Positions 55,648-64,000 of a stretch of 64,000 nt of DNA are shown here, piece after piece. Below the pieces are notes generated by a model. It was not told the origin of the DNA. It did no database searches and worked only from the letters and a program-made list of their open reading frames with translations. The position numbers were made by a program, and so were the translations under genes. Source of the stretch: an uncultured Alphaproteobacteria bacterium (GTDB lineage: Bacteria > Pseudomonadota > Alphaproteobacteria > Rickettsiales > UBA998); contig CAWDMW010000002.1 in NCBI GenBank assembly GCA_963803575.1, forward strand, positions 1,080,406 through 1,144,405. The letters are read 5' to 3'. Position 1 is the stretch's first letter. Every line of letters begins with the position of its first letter.

Positions 55648-56981
55648 TGTCATTACTTGCGCTTATCACCCGAAGACAGAAACATCAAACACGATATTTG
55701 TCTCAGGCAGTCCAGCTGGAAGAAGCGGTGAATCCACATATTATTCGTGCAACCATGAGCATGATTTCTCTGGCGATTCTGGTCTTTTTGGTATGGGCAG
55801 GATTCACTTCCATTAATGAAGTTGCCCGAACGCCAGGGGAGGTGGTGCCGCAAGGGTACGTCCAAACAATTCAACATCTTGAAGGTGGCATGATAAAGGA
55901 AATTCATGTGCGCGAAGGTCAGACGGTACAAGAAGGGGATATATTAATTACGTTTTATCCCTCCGGTATTGCAGAAGATGTACAGCGTATTCGCGCCAAG
56001 CAATTGTCGCTTCACATGCAGGAAGAACGATTGCGTGCGTTCATTGAAGAGCGTGAACTGGATCTTTCCGCTTTCACGAATGCTACATCACCCATGATTG
56101 CCGATCAACAAGCCTTCTTTAAGGGTATGCGCGTTGCTCGTGAAAAGGAGGCACATATCCTTCAGCAGCAACTGAAAGAAAAGCAACAAATGATCCAGTC
56201 TTTGACCTCTGATCTGCGCACCACGAAACGAAATTATGTTATTAATGATGACGTCTATAAGCGGCTACATAAACTTGGTGAAAAAGGGTATGTGTCTCAA
56301 ATTCAGATACTGGAAGCAAAGCAACAGCAAAATGATTTATATGGTGACATTACACGTATCAAAAACCAGCTAAACGTAGCGCACACCGCCATTTCCCAGT
56401 TTGAAAACAGACTATCTTCCTTAAAAGCTCGTCATCGTGATGAAGCATATGAAAGGCTCTCCGCCATTGAAGCAGAGAAGGCGCAAAATCACGGATTATT
56501 GCAGAAGTCACAAGATCGTATGGCACGGTTGCGGTTACATGCTCCAACGGAAGGAATGGTTAAAGGCCTGAATGTAAATACCATAGGAGCTGTCATTCAG
56601 CCGGGGGAAACCATGATGGAAATCGTCCCGCTGGCAAAGCAACTGGAAGTGAGTGTGAAAATCTCTCCTCAGGATGTTGGTCATGTGCATATTGGTCAGT
56701 CCGTACAGGTCAAGCTTTCCAGCTATGATTTTTCGCGTTATGGCTTTATTACTGGAACGCTAGAGCAAATTTCTGCCTCAACATTTACAGGCGATGCAGG
56801 AGAGCGTTATTATCAGGGGCGCATTTTACTGGATCAGCATTATGTAGGTGATAATGCAGACAATACGATTATGCCCGGTATGACTGTTATGGCAGATATC
56901 ATTACAGGCAATAAAACGATTTTACAATATTTGCTCAAGCCCATTCACTTATCACTTCAAACCGCATTTAGCGAAAGGTAA
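55647..56981 (+). CDS. HlyD-family T1SS periplasmic adaptor
   Basis: IQHLEGG, IMPGM, TILQYLLKPI, AFSER. Confidence 0.95.
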   Translation: MSLLALITRRQKHQTRYLSQAVQLEEAVNPHIIRATMSMISLAILVFLVWAGFTSINEVARTPGEVVPQGYVQTIQHLEGGMIKEIHVREGQTVQEGDILITFYPSGIAEDVQRIRAKQLSLHMQEERLRAFIEERELDLSAFTNATSPMIADQQAFFKGMRVAREKEAHILQQQLKEKQQMIQSLTSDLRTTKRNYVINDDVYKRLHKLGEKGYVSQIQILEAKQQQNDLYGDITRIKNQLNVAHTAISQFENRLSSLKARHRDEAYERLSAIEAEKAQNHGLLQKSQDRMARLRLHAPTEGMVKGLNVNTIGAVIQPGETMMEIVPLAKQLEVSVKISPQDVGHVHIGQSVQVKLSSYDFSRYGFITGTLEQISASTFTGDAGERYYQGRILLDQHYVGDNADNTIMPGMTVMADIITGNKTILQYLLKPIHLSLQTAFSER

Positions 56982-56986
56982 ATCAT

Positions 56987-57946
56987 ATGACACTTCCTGA
57001 AAAGACAGATAATTCACACCTAAATCTATTACAATCCGAGAAACAGGTCACCATTTTAGCTGTGGAAGATGATGAACTTTCCATGGCGTTTCTGGAAGCA
57101 CAGGTGACAGAATTGGGTCACGCCATGCATAAAGCATGTAATGGGAAAGAAGCACTTGAATGGTTGGCGTTGCATAGTCACACCATTGACGTCATTTTGA
57201 TGGATCGTGAAATGCCTGTGATGAATGGTATTACGGCGGTTAAACATATCAAGGAAGACCCGGTGTTGCGTCAAATTCCGGTCATTATGATAACTGCTGC
57301 TGATTCAGCGGAGGATATGCGCGAGGGGCTAGAGGCAGGAGTATTTTACTACATTACCAAACCAGTCGATGGGCAAATGCTCAGCTCTGTTATTGCCGCA
57401 GCAGTCAGGGATATAGAGCAAAGCCGCGTACTGGCAGGAGAATTGAGTCTTCATAAAGGGAGTTTTCAGCTTATCCGAACCTGTAAATTTGAATTTAGTA
57501 CCTTGGCGCATGTGGAAGGACTAGCCGCATTTGCTGCCAACTGCTTTCCAAACCCTAAGCGCGTTCTGACCGGGCTTGGACAATTGATGATTAATGCCGT
57601 TGAACATGGCAATCTTGGTGTAGGGTATGAAGGAAAAAGTGAGCTGGTAGCATCAGGAATCTGGCGTGCTGAAATAGAGCGTTGCCAACAATTGCCTGAA
57701 CATGCCGGCAAACGTGCAACTGCATCAATAGTGCATAAAGAGAATGGTGTTTACGCGGTTATTGAAGATATGGGACAAGGATTTAACTGGAAGAAATATT
57801 TACAGATTGATCCGTCTCGTGCTGGTGATAGCCATGGCAGAGGTATTGCACAAGCCAACGCACTAAGTTTTGATAAGCTGACCTACAATGAGCAGGGAAA
57901 TAAAGCAGTCGCATGGGTAAGCCATACCGAGCAACTGGAATGGTAA
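56987..57946 (+). CDS. Response regulator with C-terminal HATPase-like (RsbW-type) domain
   Basis: REC motifs (VEDD, MDREMP, KP) plus NAVEHGN, DMGQGF and HGRGI. Confidence 0.85.
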   Translation: MTLPEKTDNSHLNLLQSEKQVTILAVEDDELSMAFLEAQVTELGHAMHKACNGKEALEWLALHSHTIDVILMDREMPVMNGITAVKHIKEDPVLRQIPVIMITAADSAEDMREGLEAGVFYYITKPVDGQMLSSVIAAAVRDIEQSRVLAGELSLHKGSFQLIRTCKFEFSTLAHVEGLAAFAANCFPNPKRVLTGLGQLMINAVEHGNLGVGYEGKSELVASGIWRAEIERCQQLPEHAGKRATASIVHKENGVYAVIEDMGQGFNWKKYLQIDPSRAGDSHGRGIAQANALSFDKLTYNEQGNKAVAWVSHTEQLEW

Positions 57947-58003
57947 GGCGCGCATCCAATCCAGCAATACGTAGCACTTGTATCTCTTAAGGTAAGGCAT
58001 TTT

Positions 58004-60811
58004 ATGAAAAAACACTCTGATCGCCGCCAGCATAACCGTGTGAGTAGCCGCTGTATTACGATTCGTTATTTGCTGGCCATCGCTTTGGTGGCTGTGGCTG
58101 TGATTGGGGGGTATTTTTATATTCAGCATTATATTAGCGCAAATAAAAACTATGCCTATATCATCAATATTAGTGGTAAGCAGCGTATGCTTTCCCAAAG
58201 AATTGTATTGCTGTCTAACAGGTTGGCATTAATGCCAGACGGTAAGAATTCTGCGCATTATGCTGCTTTGTTGAGTCAGGCAATTAGCACGATGCAAAAA
58301 ACGCACAATATTTTGGCAACATTAGCACGTCAGGATAATCACCCCATACAGACAGGCGTTCCATCAGGCCAAACCACTGTTCATGTGGCAGAGAGTCAAA
58401 GCTTCACCTATACCTATGATACCTATTTTGAGGAACCGTATCTCTTGGATGATCGGGTCAAAAACTTTCTTTATCACAGTCAGACATTTTTGAACGCTTA
58501 TTATGCGTCACTGACAGATGGAACAGACGCACCACTTGATAAGCATTCCGGCTTGCATATGATTAATATGCAGGTGGAAGAGTCGCTACTTAACGCACTG
58601 GATCATGCCGTCACAGAATATCAAAATGGGCAGGAACAGGCACTTTCTGAATTTAAGGTTGTTCAAACGTTATTGCTCATATCTATCCTGGTTTTATTAC
58701 TATTAGAAGGAGTTATTATTTTCCGTCCTCTTGTTCAGCGTGTTGACGGGCAGATGAGAGCGCTTGAAAGAGCGCGCCGTAAAGCAGATGAACTTAACCG
58801 GTTAAAGTCTGATTTTCTGGCTAATATGAGTCATGAAATCAGAACGCCTATGAATGGTATTTTAGGTATTGCAGAGTTAATTCTTGGCTCAAAGCTAACC
58901 CCGCAACAGGAAGGATATGCACGCACGATTATTAGTTCAGGTGAATCATTGCTTAATATTATCAATGACATTCTGGATTTCTCCAAAATCGAAGCGAATA
59001 AAATGGAACTGGATTTAATGCCTATTGATTTGCTGGAACTGGCAGATGATATCACAATGCTGTATTCGGTGCAGGCACGTGACATAGCGATTGAACTGGT
59101 CATTCGCTATGTACCCGGTAGCGAGCAATTTGTGTATGCTGATCCCGTCAGGCTTCGTCAGATACTCACAAATCTGGTCAGTAACTCTATTAAGTTTACT
59201 GAGAAAGGTCATATTATTATTACGATTAAAGAAGATCGTCAGCAAAATATTCATTCCAATGAAGAAGCTGTTTTGCATTTTTCCGTCGAAGATACGGGAA
59301 TAGGGATGACAGAAGAAGCATGTAGCCGGATATTTGAAAAATTTACGCAGGCTGATAGCTCGACCACCAGACATTATGGAGGTACCGGACTTGGACTGTC
59401 CATTTCTAAAAGTCTGGTAGAATTAATGGGTGGGACATTGTCCGTTAATAGTGAGGTAGGAAAAGGTACGCAATTTTCATTTATGCTTTCGTTGAAGCGT
59501 AATAGTCAGGAAGTTCAGATATTGCCATCTTTGCCTGTGTTGCATGGCATAAAAGTACTGATTGTCGATGATTTACCGGTTATTCGTACACTGGTTCGCG
59601 AGCAGCTTACTGATGCTAACGTACGTTGTGATACAGCCATTAGCGGTGAAGAAGCGCTGAACATGCTTACAAGTGCCCACCAAGATAATGATCCATATGA
59701 CATGGCCATACTGGATTATCTGATGCCTGAAATGAATGGAGAAATGCTGGCTTGTGCAATCAATGATTACCCAGAGCTTCGCAACTTATGTCTGGTTATG
59801 CTAACAGGTGCGGGGAATCCACTGGCTGATGAGGATTTTGTCAGTAAGGGGTTTTCTGCATATATTCCCAAGCCTGTGTCAAATCGTGGATTGTTGCGTT
59901 CTATGGCAATCATATGGGAGCGCTACCTTAGTGGCGATACGGATGTGCTGATTCGCATAGATTCCCAAACGCTGGATGTTGAAGAACATCATAACCGGTT
60001 GCTTTTACCCGGAGCGCATATTCTGGTTGCAGAAGATAATCTGATTAATCAGATGTTCGTAAAAGAAATATTACAGGATATGGAGGTGGATTGTACCATT
60101 GTGTCTAACGGGAGAGAAGCAGTTAATGCGGTTGCTCAACAGCGCTTTGATGCAATATTGATGGATTGCCTGATGCCCGAAATGGATGGATTTGAGGCAA
60201 CACGCCGTATTTGTCGCCTTAAAGATGAAGGATTACTTCCCCATGGGTTGCCTATTATTGCTCTCACAGCAAATGCGATGAAGGGCGACAAGGAACGGTG
60301 TTTTGAAGCAGGGATGGATGAGTATATGTCGAAGCCGGTGCGTAAAAAGCTTCTTCAGGAAACTATATATCGTCTGGTGAAAAAGACCCTTGCTGAACCT
60401 GAGATACTTGCAAAACCAGATTCAGATAAAGAGGAACATGTGCACACACCATCACAAGAGCATGATGAGACACATACGTCCAAGTTATTAGATGAAGAGG
60501 CCACCCAGCAGGCCAGACTCATACTTAAAGATAAGTATGACGATATGGTCGGGGTGTTTATTACCAATAGTCGGGAACGTCTGGAAGAATTGCATCAAGC
60601 CATAACATCAGGTGTGGTTGAGGAGATGGTGCGTCCGGCTCATACCCTGAAATCTACCAGTATGCAAATGGGGGCGATTGCTCTTTCAGATAAGGCAAAA
60701 GAACTGGAAAAACTGGCGAAGTCTGGCAATAGCATAACGCACATGATGCGAATGTATATAAGTCAAATCAGCGATCTACTGGAAGCTACAGATGAAGCGT
60801 TTCAACAGTAG
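58004..60811 (+). CDS. Hybrid histidine kinase (PilJ/NarX-like sensor, HisKA, HATPase, two REC, Hpt)
   Basis: INISGKQRMLSQR, MSHEIRTPMN, GGTGLGL, two REC domains, AHTLKS. Confidence 0.93.
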   Translation: MKKHSDRRQHNRVSSRCITIRYLLAIALVAVAVIGGYFYIQHYISANKNYAYIINISGKQRMLSQRIVLLSNRLALMPDGKNSAHYAALLSQAISTMQKTHNILATLARQDNHPIQTGVPSGQTTVHVAESQSFTYTYDTYFEEPYLLDDRVKNFLYHSQTFLNAYYASLTDGTDAPLDKHSGLHMINMQVEESLLNALDHAVTEYQNGQEQALSEFKVVQTLLLISILVLLLLEGVIIFRPLVQRVDGQMRALERARRKADELNRLKSDFLANMSHEIRTPMNGILGIAELILGSKLTPQQEGYARTIISSGESLLNIINDILDFSKIEANKMELDLMPIDLLELADDITMLYSVQARDIAIELVIRYVPGSEQFVYADPVRLRQILTNLVSNSIKFTEKGHIIITIKEDRQQNIHSNEEAVLHFSVEDTGIGMTEEACSRIFEKFTQADSSTTRHYGGTGLGLSISKSLVELMGGTLSVNSEVGKGTQFSFMLSLKRNSQEVQILPSLPVLHGIKVLIVDDLPVIRTLVREQLTDANVRCDTAISGEEALNMLTSAHQDNDPYDMAILDYLMPEMNGEMLACAINDYPELRNLCLVMLTGAGNPLADEDFVSKGFSAYIPKPVSNRGLLRSMAIIWERYLSGDTDVLIRIDSQTLDVEEHHNRLLLPGAHILVAEDNLINQMFVKEILQDMEVDCTIVSNGREAVNAVAQQRFDAILMDCLMPEMDGFEATRRICRLKDEGLLPHGLPIIALTANAMKGDKERCFEAGMDEYMSKPVRKKLLQETIYRLVKKTLAEPEILAKPDSDKEEHVHTPSQEHDETHTSKLLDEEATQQARLILKDKYDDMVGVFITNSRERLEELHQAITSGVVEEMVRPAHTLKSTSMQMGAIALSDKAKELEKLAKSGNSITHMMRMYISQISDLLEATDEAFQQ

Positions 60812-60828
60812 GTGAGACACCAAAAAGA

Positions 60829-61746
60829 CTATGCACCTCTTCCCTGACCAAGCGCAGGTGCGTTGATGTTTGGTGTTTGTGCAGGTGCAATATTGCCCAG
60901 ATTTGCCAATGCGACATCCTGACCTTGCTGATTTGGATCAATACCTGAACCATTAAAAGCATTCATGAGTTTGCCTATTGCTTCATTAAGCATTTCCTTA
61001 GCCTGCGTTCCAAATGCCATGAACGTTCCAAGCGTAGCAGCCATGCCACCCATCCCACGATCTTCTTCTTTGTTAGGGGCTTTTGCCTGATCTTCCATAC
61101 GTTTGTTGAAATCGGCAACGCTCTCACCTGGTTGCGCATTCATCATATACTCGGCACCGGCTGTTTGCAGAGCCGCTTTATCCATGGCAGCGTCAACTGC
61201 TTCACTTGACCCCGAATAACGGGCGTTAGCTTCTACTTGCTCCTGTGTTCCATGACCTGCAGCAGCTGCTTTTGCTTGCAACTCTACATCCAAATCTTTT
61301 TCTGTGGTTGTTCCTGTATGACTTTTTAAGGCAATGCTACGATCATTTTTTGCTTCCATGTTATCAAGTGACGTTGATCGGTCTCCTGTTTCACGGCTCA
61401 TATCTGCCTGTTTCGTGGAAGTCATGGCAGCAGCGGGGGCTTCATCGTCCCAGAGATTAGCTGAGGCAAAGACTTGTGGGCTATCTTGCGCTATGTCGGG
61501 AAACTGGGTGGTTTGCTCTTGCGCTACTTCAGACGTACTTATACCGGGCAATTCATCAAGTACTGTGGTGTCACCCATTGCCATACGCCCCATGCTTGAA
61601 GGATCCAAATCATTAATATTTATACCCGCAGATGCCAGAGTCTGTTCTATGTCACCACGCCTCTTCATTGCTTCGGGGTCTGTTCGCTCACCAATAGCCA
61701 TAAGGTCGAGAGCTGCGGTTGATAGCATGGGATCCATTTGTTTCAT
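60829..61746 (-). CDS. Hypothetical low-complexity protein
   Basis: 305-aa ORF with GAGG RBS; rich in A/D/Q/M. Confidence 0.7.
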   Translation of the reverse strand: MKQMDPMLSTAALDLMAIGERTDPEAMKRRGDIEQTLASAGININDLDPSSMGRMAMGDTTVLDELPGISTSEVAQEQTTQFPDIAQDSPQVFASANLWDDEAPAAAMTSTKQADMSRETGDRSTSLDNMEAKNDRSIALKSHTGTTTEKDLDVELQAKAAAAGHGTQEQVEANARYSGSSEAVDAAMDKAALQTAGAEYMMNAQPGESVADFNKRMEDQAKAPNKEEDRGMGGMAATLGTFMAFGTQAKEMLNEAIGKLMNAFNGSGIDPNQQGQDVALANLGNIAPAQTPNINAPALGQGRGA

Positions 61747-61850
61747 TCTTCGCCTCTTTATCTATATCCTGTGTATTATACCATAATATAACGAATACTA
61801 CTAATATTTAATCAATATGCCATCAGTTCTTCGTTTCTTGGTGCATTACT

Positions 61851-63068
61851 TCAGTATAACTGCTTATGTCCCAACCGTAATCTTAAAGCATTTAAGCGGA
61901 TGAATCCCTCAGCATCCCGTTGATTATAGACCTGATCTTCTTCAAAGGTAACGTGCTGGGCGGAATACAGACTATTGTCAGAGCGGCGGCCTTCAATCAT
62001 CACGTTGCCTTTATAGAGTGTCAATCGTACGTCACCGCTCACATGTTCCTGCGATGCGTCAATTAATGCTTGCAACATGTGACGTTCTGGTGAGAACCAG
62101 TACCCATTATATAGCAATTCTGCATAACGCGGCATGATTTCGTCTTTCAAGTGCGCGGCACCGCGATCAAGGGTAATGGATTCTATCGCACGGTGAGCTG
62201 CCAGCAATATGGTGCCACCCGGTGTCTCATAGATACCACGCGATTTCATGCCAACGTAGCGGTTCTCCACAATATCAATACGCCCAACACCATGCTTACC
62301 ACCTAAACGATTCAATTCAGTAAGCAGTTCAGCCGGTGTGTAGTCTATGCCGTTAATGGAAGTAGCGTCACCCTTTGCAAAGCCAATGGTAATGGTTTCA
62401 CCTGCATCTGGTGCATCTTGGGGCGATACTGTCCAGCGATACATGGAAGGGTCTGAGGCCACCCATGGGTCTTCCAGTACTTTGCCTTCATACGAGATAT
62501 GTAGCAGATTCGCATCCATGGAATAGGGGGCTTCATTGTGCTTGTCTTTAGCAACCGGAATCTGGTGCTGCATTGCATAGTCAATGAGTTTGGTGCGCGA
62601 ATTTAACTCCCATTCCCGCCATGGTGCAATTACGTTAATGTCTGGTTGCAATGCATAATACCCGAGTTCAAAACGCACCTGGTCGTTGCCTTTTCCTGTT
62701 GCACCGTGAGACACGGCTTGCGCACCCAGCGTGCGGGCAATCTCTATTTGCCGTTTGGCAATAAGTGGGCGCGCAATGGAGGTGCCAAGCAAATAGATGC
62801 CTTCATAGAGCGCATTAGCACGAAACATGGGGAAAACATAGTCACGGACAAATTCTTCACGCAAATCTTCAATAAAGATATGTTCTGGTGGAATACCCAG
62901 CAGCTGTGCTTTTTCGCGCGCAGGTTCCACTTCTTCTCCCTGACCCAGATCAGCGGTAAAGGTGATAACCTCCGCCTGATACGTATCTTGAAGCCATTTG
63001 AGAATAACTGAAGTATCAAGCCCGCCAGAATAAGCGAGGACAATTTTAGAGATGGAAGAAGAAGTCAT
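61851..63068 (-). CDS. argG: Argininosuccinate synthase
   Basis: [30 protein letters not shown]. Confidence 0.97.
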   Translation of the reverse strand: MTSSSISKIVLAYSGGLDTSVILKWLQDTYQAEVITFTADLGQGEEVEPAREKAQLLGIPPEHIFIEDLREEFVRDYVFPMFRANALYEGIYLLGTSIARPLIAKRQIEIARTLGAQAVSHGATGKGNDQVRFELGYYALQPDINVIAPWREWELNSRTKLIDYAMQHQIPVAKDKHNEAPYSMDANLLHISYEGKVLEDPWVASDPSMYRWTVSPQDAPDAGETITIGFAKGDATSINGIDYTPAELLTELNRLGGKHGVGRIDIVENRYVGMKSRGIYETPGGTILLAAHRAIESITLDRGAAHLKDEIMPRYAELLYNGYWFSPERHMLQALIDASQEHVSGDVRLTLYKGNVMIEGRRSDNSLYSAQHVTFEEDQVYNQRDAEGFIRLNALRLRLGHKQLY

Positions 63069-63137
63069 AAGTAATGTAGGTATCCTGAAACGGGGTCTTG
63101 TCTTGTGTTTTGTGCAGTGTCACGGTAAGGTGGTATC

Positions 63138-63791
63138 ATGAAGTATTTTGATCGCATAATCAATATGGTAATAATCGTTATCGTGCTTTTTGCCGCAATT
63201 TCTTATTTCGGTAATCGCGGTAGTTCAACGCCTTCTGTTACACGTCCGGACAATCAGACGCTATTATCAGCGCAGGCTCGCTCGCCCGTAGCAGAAAGTA
63301 ATTACACACCGCAAGACATCGTGTTGAATGACGCTACGACACTGAAGGAAATGACGCTAGCGCGCTTTGATGCATGGCTAACTCTTTCGGCGACTAAACC
63401 TGTATTCTTTATGTTTTATGCATCGTGGTGTCCGCATTGCAAACGTATGTATGCAGATTTGAATCGTTTACATGCTCAATATGGCGATACCATAGAGTTC
63501 GTCACGATTTCTATTGATAACAACCCTATGAAAGCAAAAGAATTTTTGCAAAAGATGGCACCGGTACAATTGGGTACCTATGTGATTCGTAATGGCGCTG
63601 CTTACCGTGAGATAGGCGATATGCTACGCGCGCACAAACTTTCTTTTCAGGGTGGACAGTCCAATAATGTTAGTGTGCCGTATAATACGGTTTATTATAA
63701 AGGTATTCCGGTGGCTGAATTTAATGGTGCATTGCCAACAAAAAATTTGGAAAACCTGCTACAAGACATTGCAGATAGTGTAAATAACTGA
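63138..63791 (+). CDS. Membrane-anchored thioredoxin/TlpA-like protein
   Basis: N-terminal TM segment, FYASWCPHC. Confidence 0.85.
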   Translation: MKYFDRIINMVIIVIVLFAAISYFGNRGSSTPSVTRPDNQTLLSAQARSPVAESNYTPQDIVLNDATTLKEMTLARFDAWLTLSATKPVFFMFYASWCPHCKRMYADLNRLHAQYGDTIEFVTISIDNNPMKAKEFLQKMAPVQLGTYVIRNGAAYREIGDMLRAHKLSFQGGQSNNVSVPYNTVYYKGIPVAEFNGALPTKNLENLLQDIADSVNN

Positions 63792-63836
63792 TATAGAGCG
63801 TATTAACTAATACGATACTCTTGAAGGAAATTACAT

Positions 63837-64000
63837 ATGGATATCACGAACATTCCAACTGGCAAAGATGCGCCGCATGAAGTTAATGTCATTATTGAAG
63901 TGCCTATGGGGTCAAGCCCTGTCAAATATGAAGTAGATAAAGACTCCGGGGCATTATTTGTTGATCGTTTTGTGCATACGGCCATGTACTACCCATGCAA
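63837..64000 (+). CDS. ppa: Inorganic pyrophosphatase, N-terminal part (truncated by window)
   Basis: [46 protein letters not shown]. Confidence 0.93.
   Translation, partial: MDITNIPTGKDAPHEVNVIIEVPMGSSPVKYEVDKDSGALFVDRFVHTAMYYPC

Overview
Alphaproteobacterial chromosome window in two parts. Bases 1 to ~45.19 kb are the right-hand portion of a large prophage integrated at a tRNA-Ala(GGC) (45113-45188, minus strand). Its + strand backbone carries an RcGTA-like tail and baseplate module, an SGNH-esterase tail protein, holin and lysozyme. Further right it carries a regulation and replication block (XRE, UmuD-like, initiator with internal iterons, DUF6378-like, DUF6362-like) and a large serine recombinase whose ORF reads into the antisense of the tRNA. 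Cargo is inserted on the minus strand at phage gene junctions: an ars operon containing merT-like and GDCCVxC genes, a garbled membrane-protein remnant, a PD-(D/E)XK-like protein, an Hna-like helicase, and a ~21.6 kb heavy-metal island (czc, cop, cus, bufferin-like precursor). From 45.27 kb the DNA is host backbone: mscS, trmFO, hisN, a type I secretion cluster with an acidic repeat substrate and two degenerate ABC ATPases, two-component genes, argG, a thioredoxin-like protein and ppa. Many prophage genes are broken by single-base indels, probably long-read errors, while host genes are intact. The most notable signals are: junction-precise antisense morons, twin CutF/CruR-like metal-sensing leader peptides with hairpins, a 30-bp direct repeat bounding a 9.8-kb cargo block, a structured C4/ash-like leader RNA, 11-bp-phased CCCC arrays, and integrase/tRNA read-through. 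All family assignments come from motif recognition by eye; no database searches were run.
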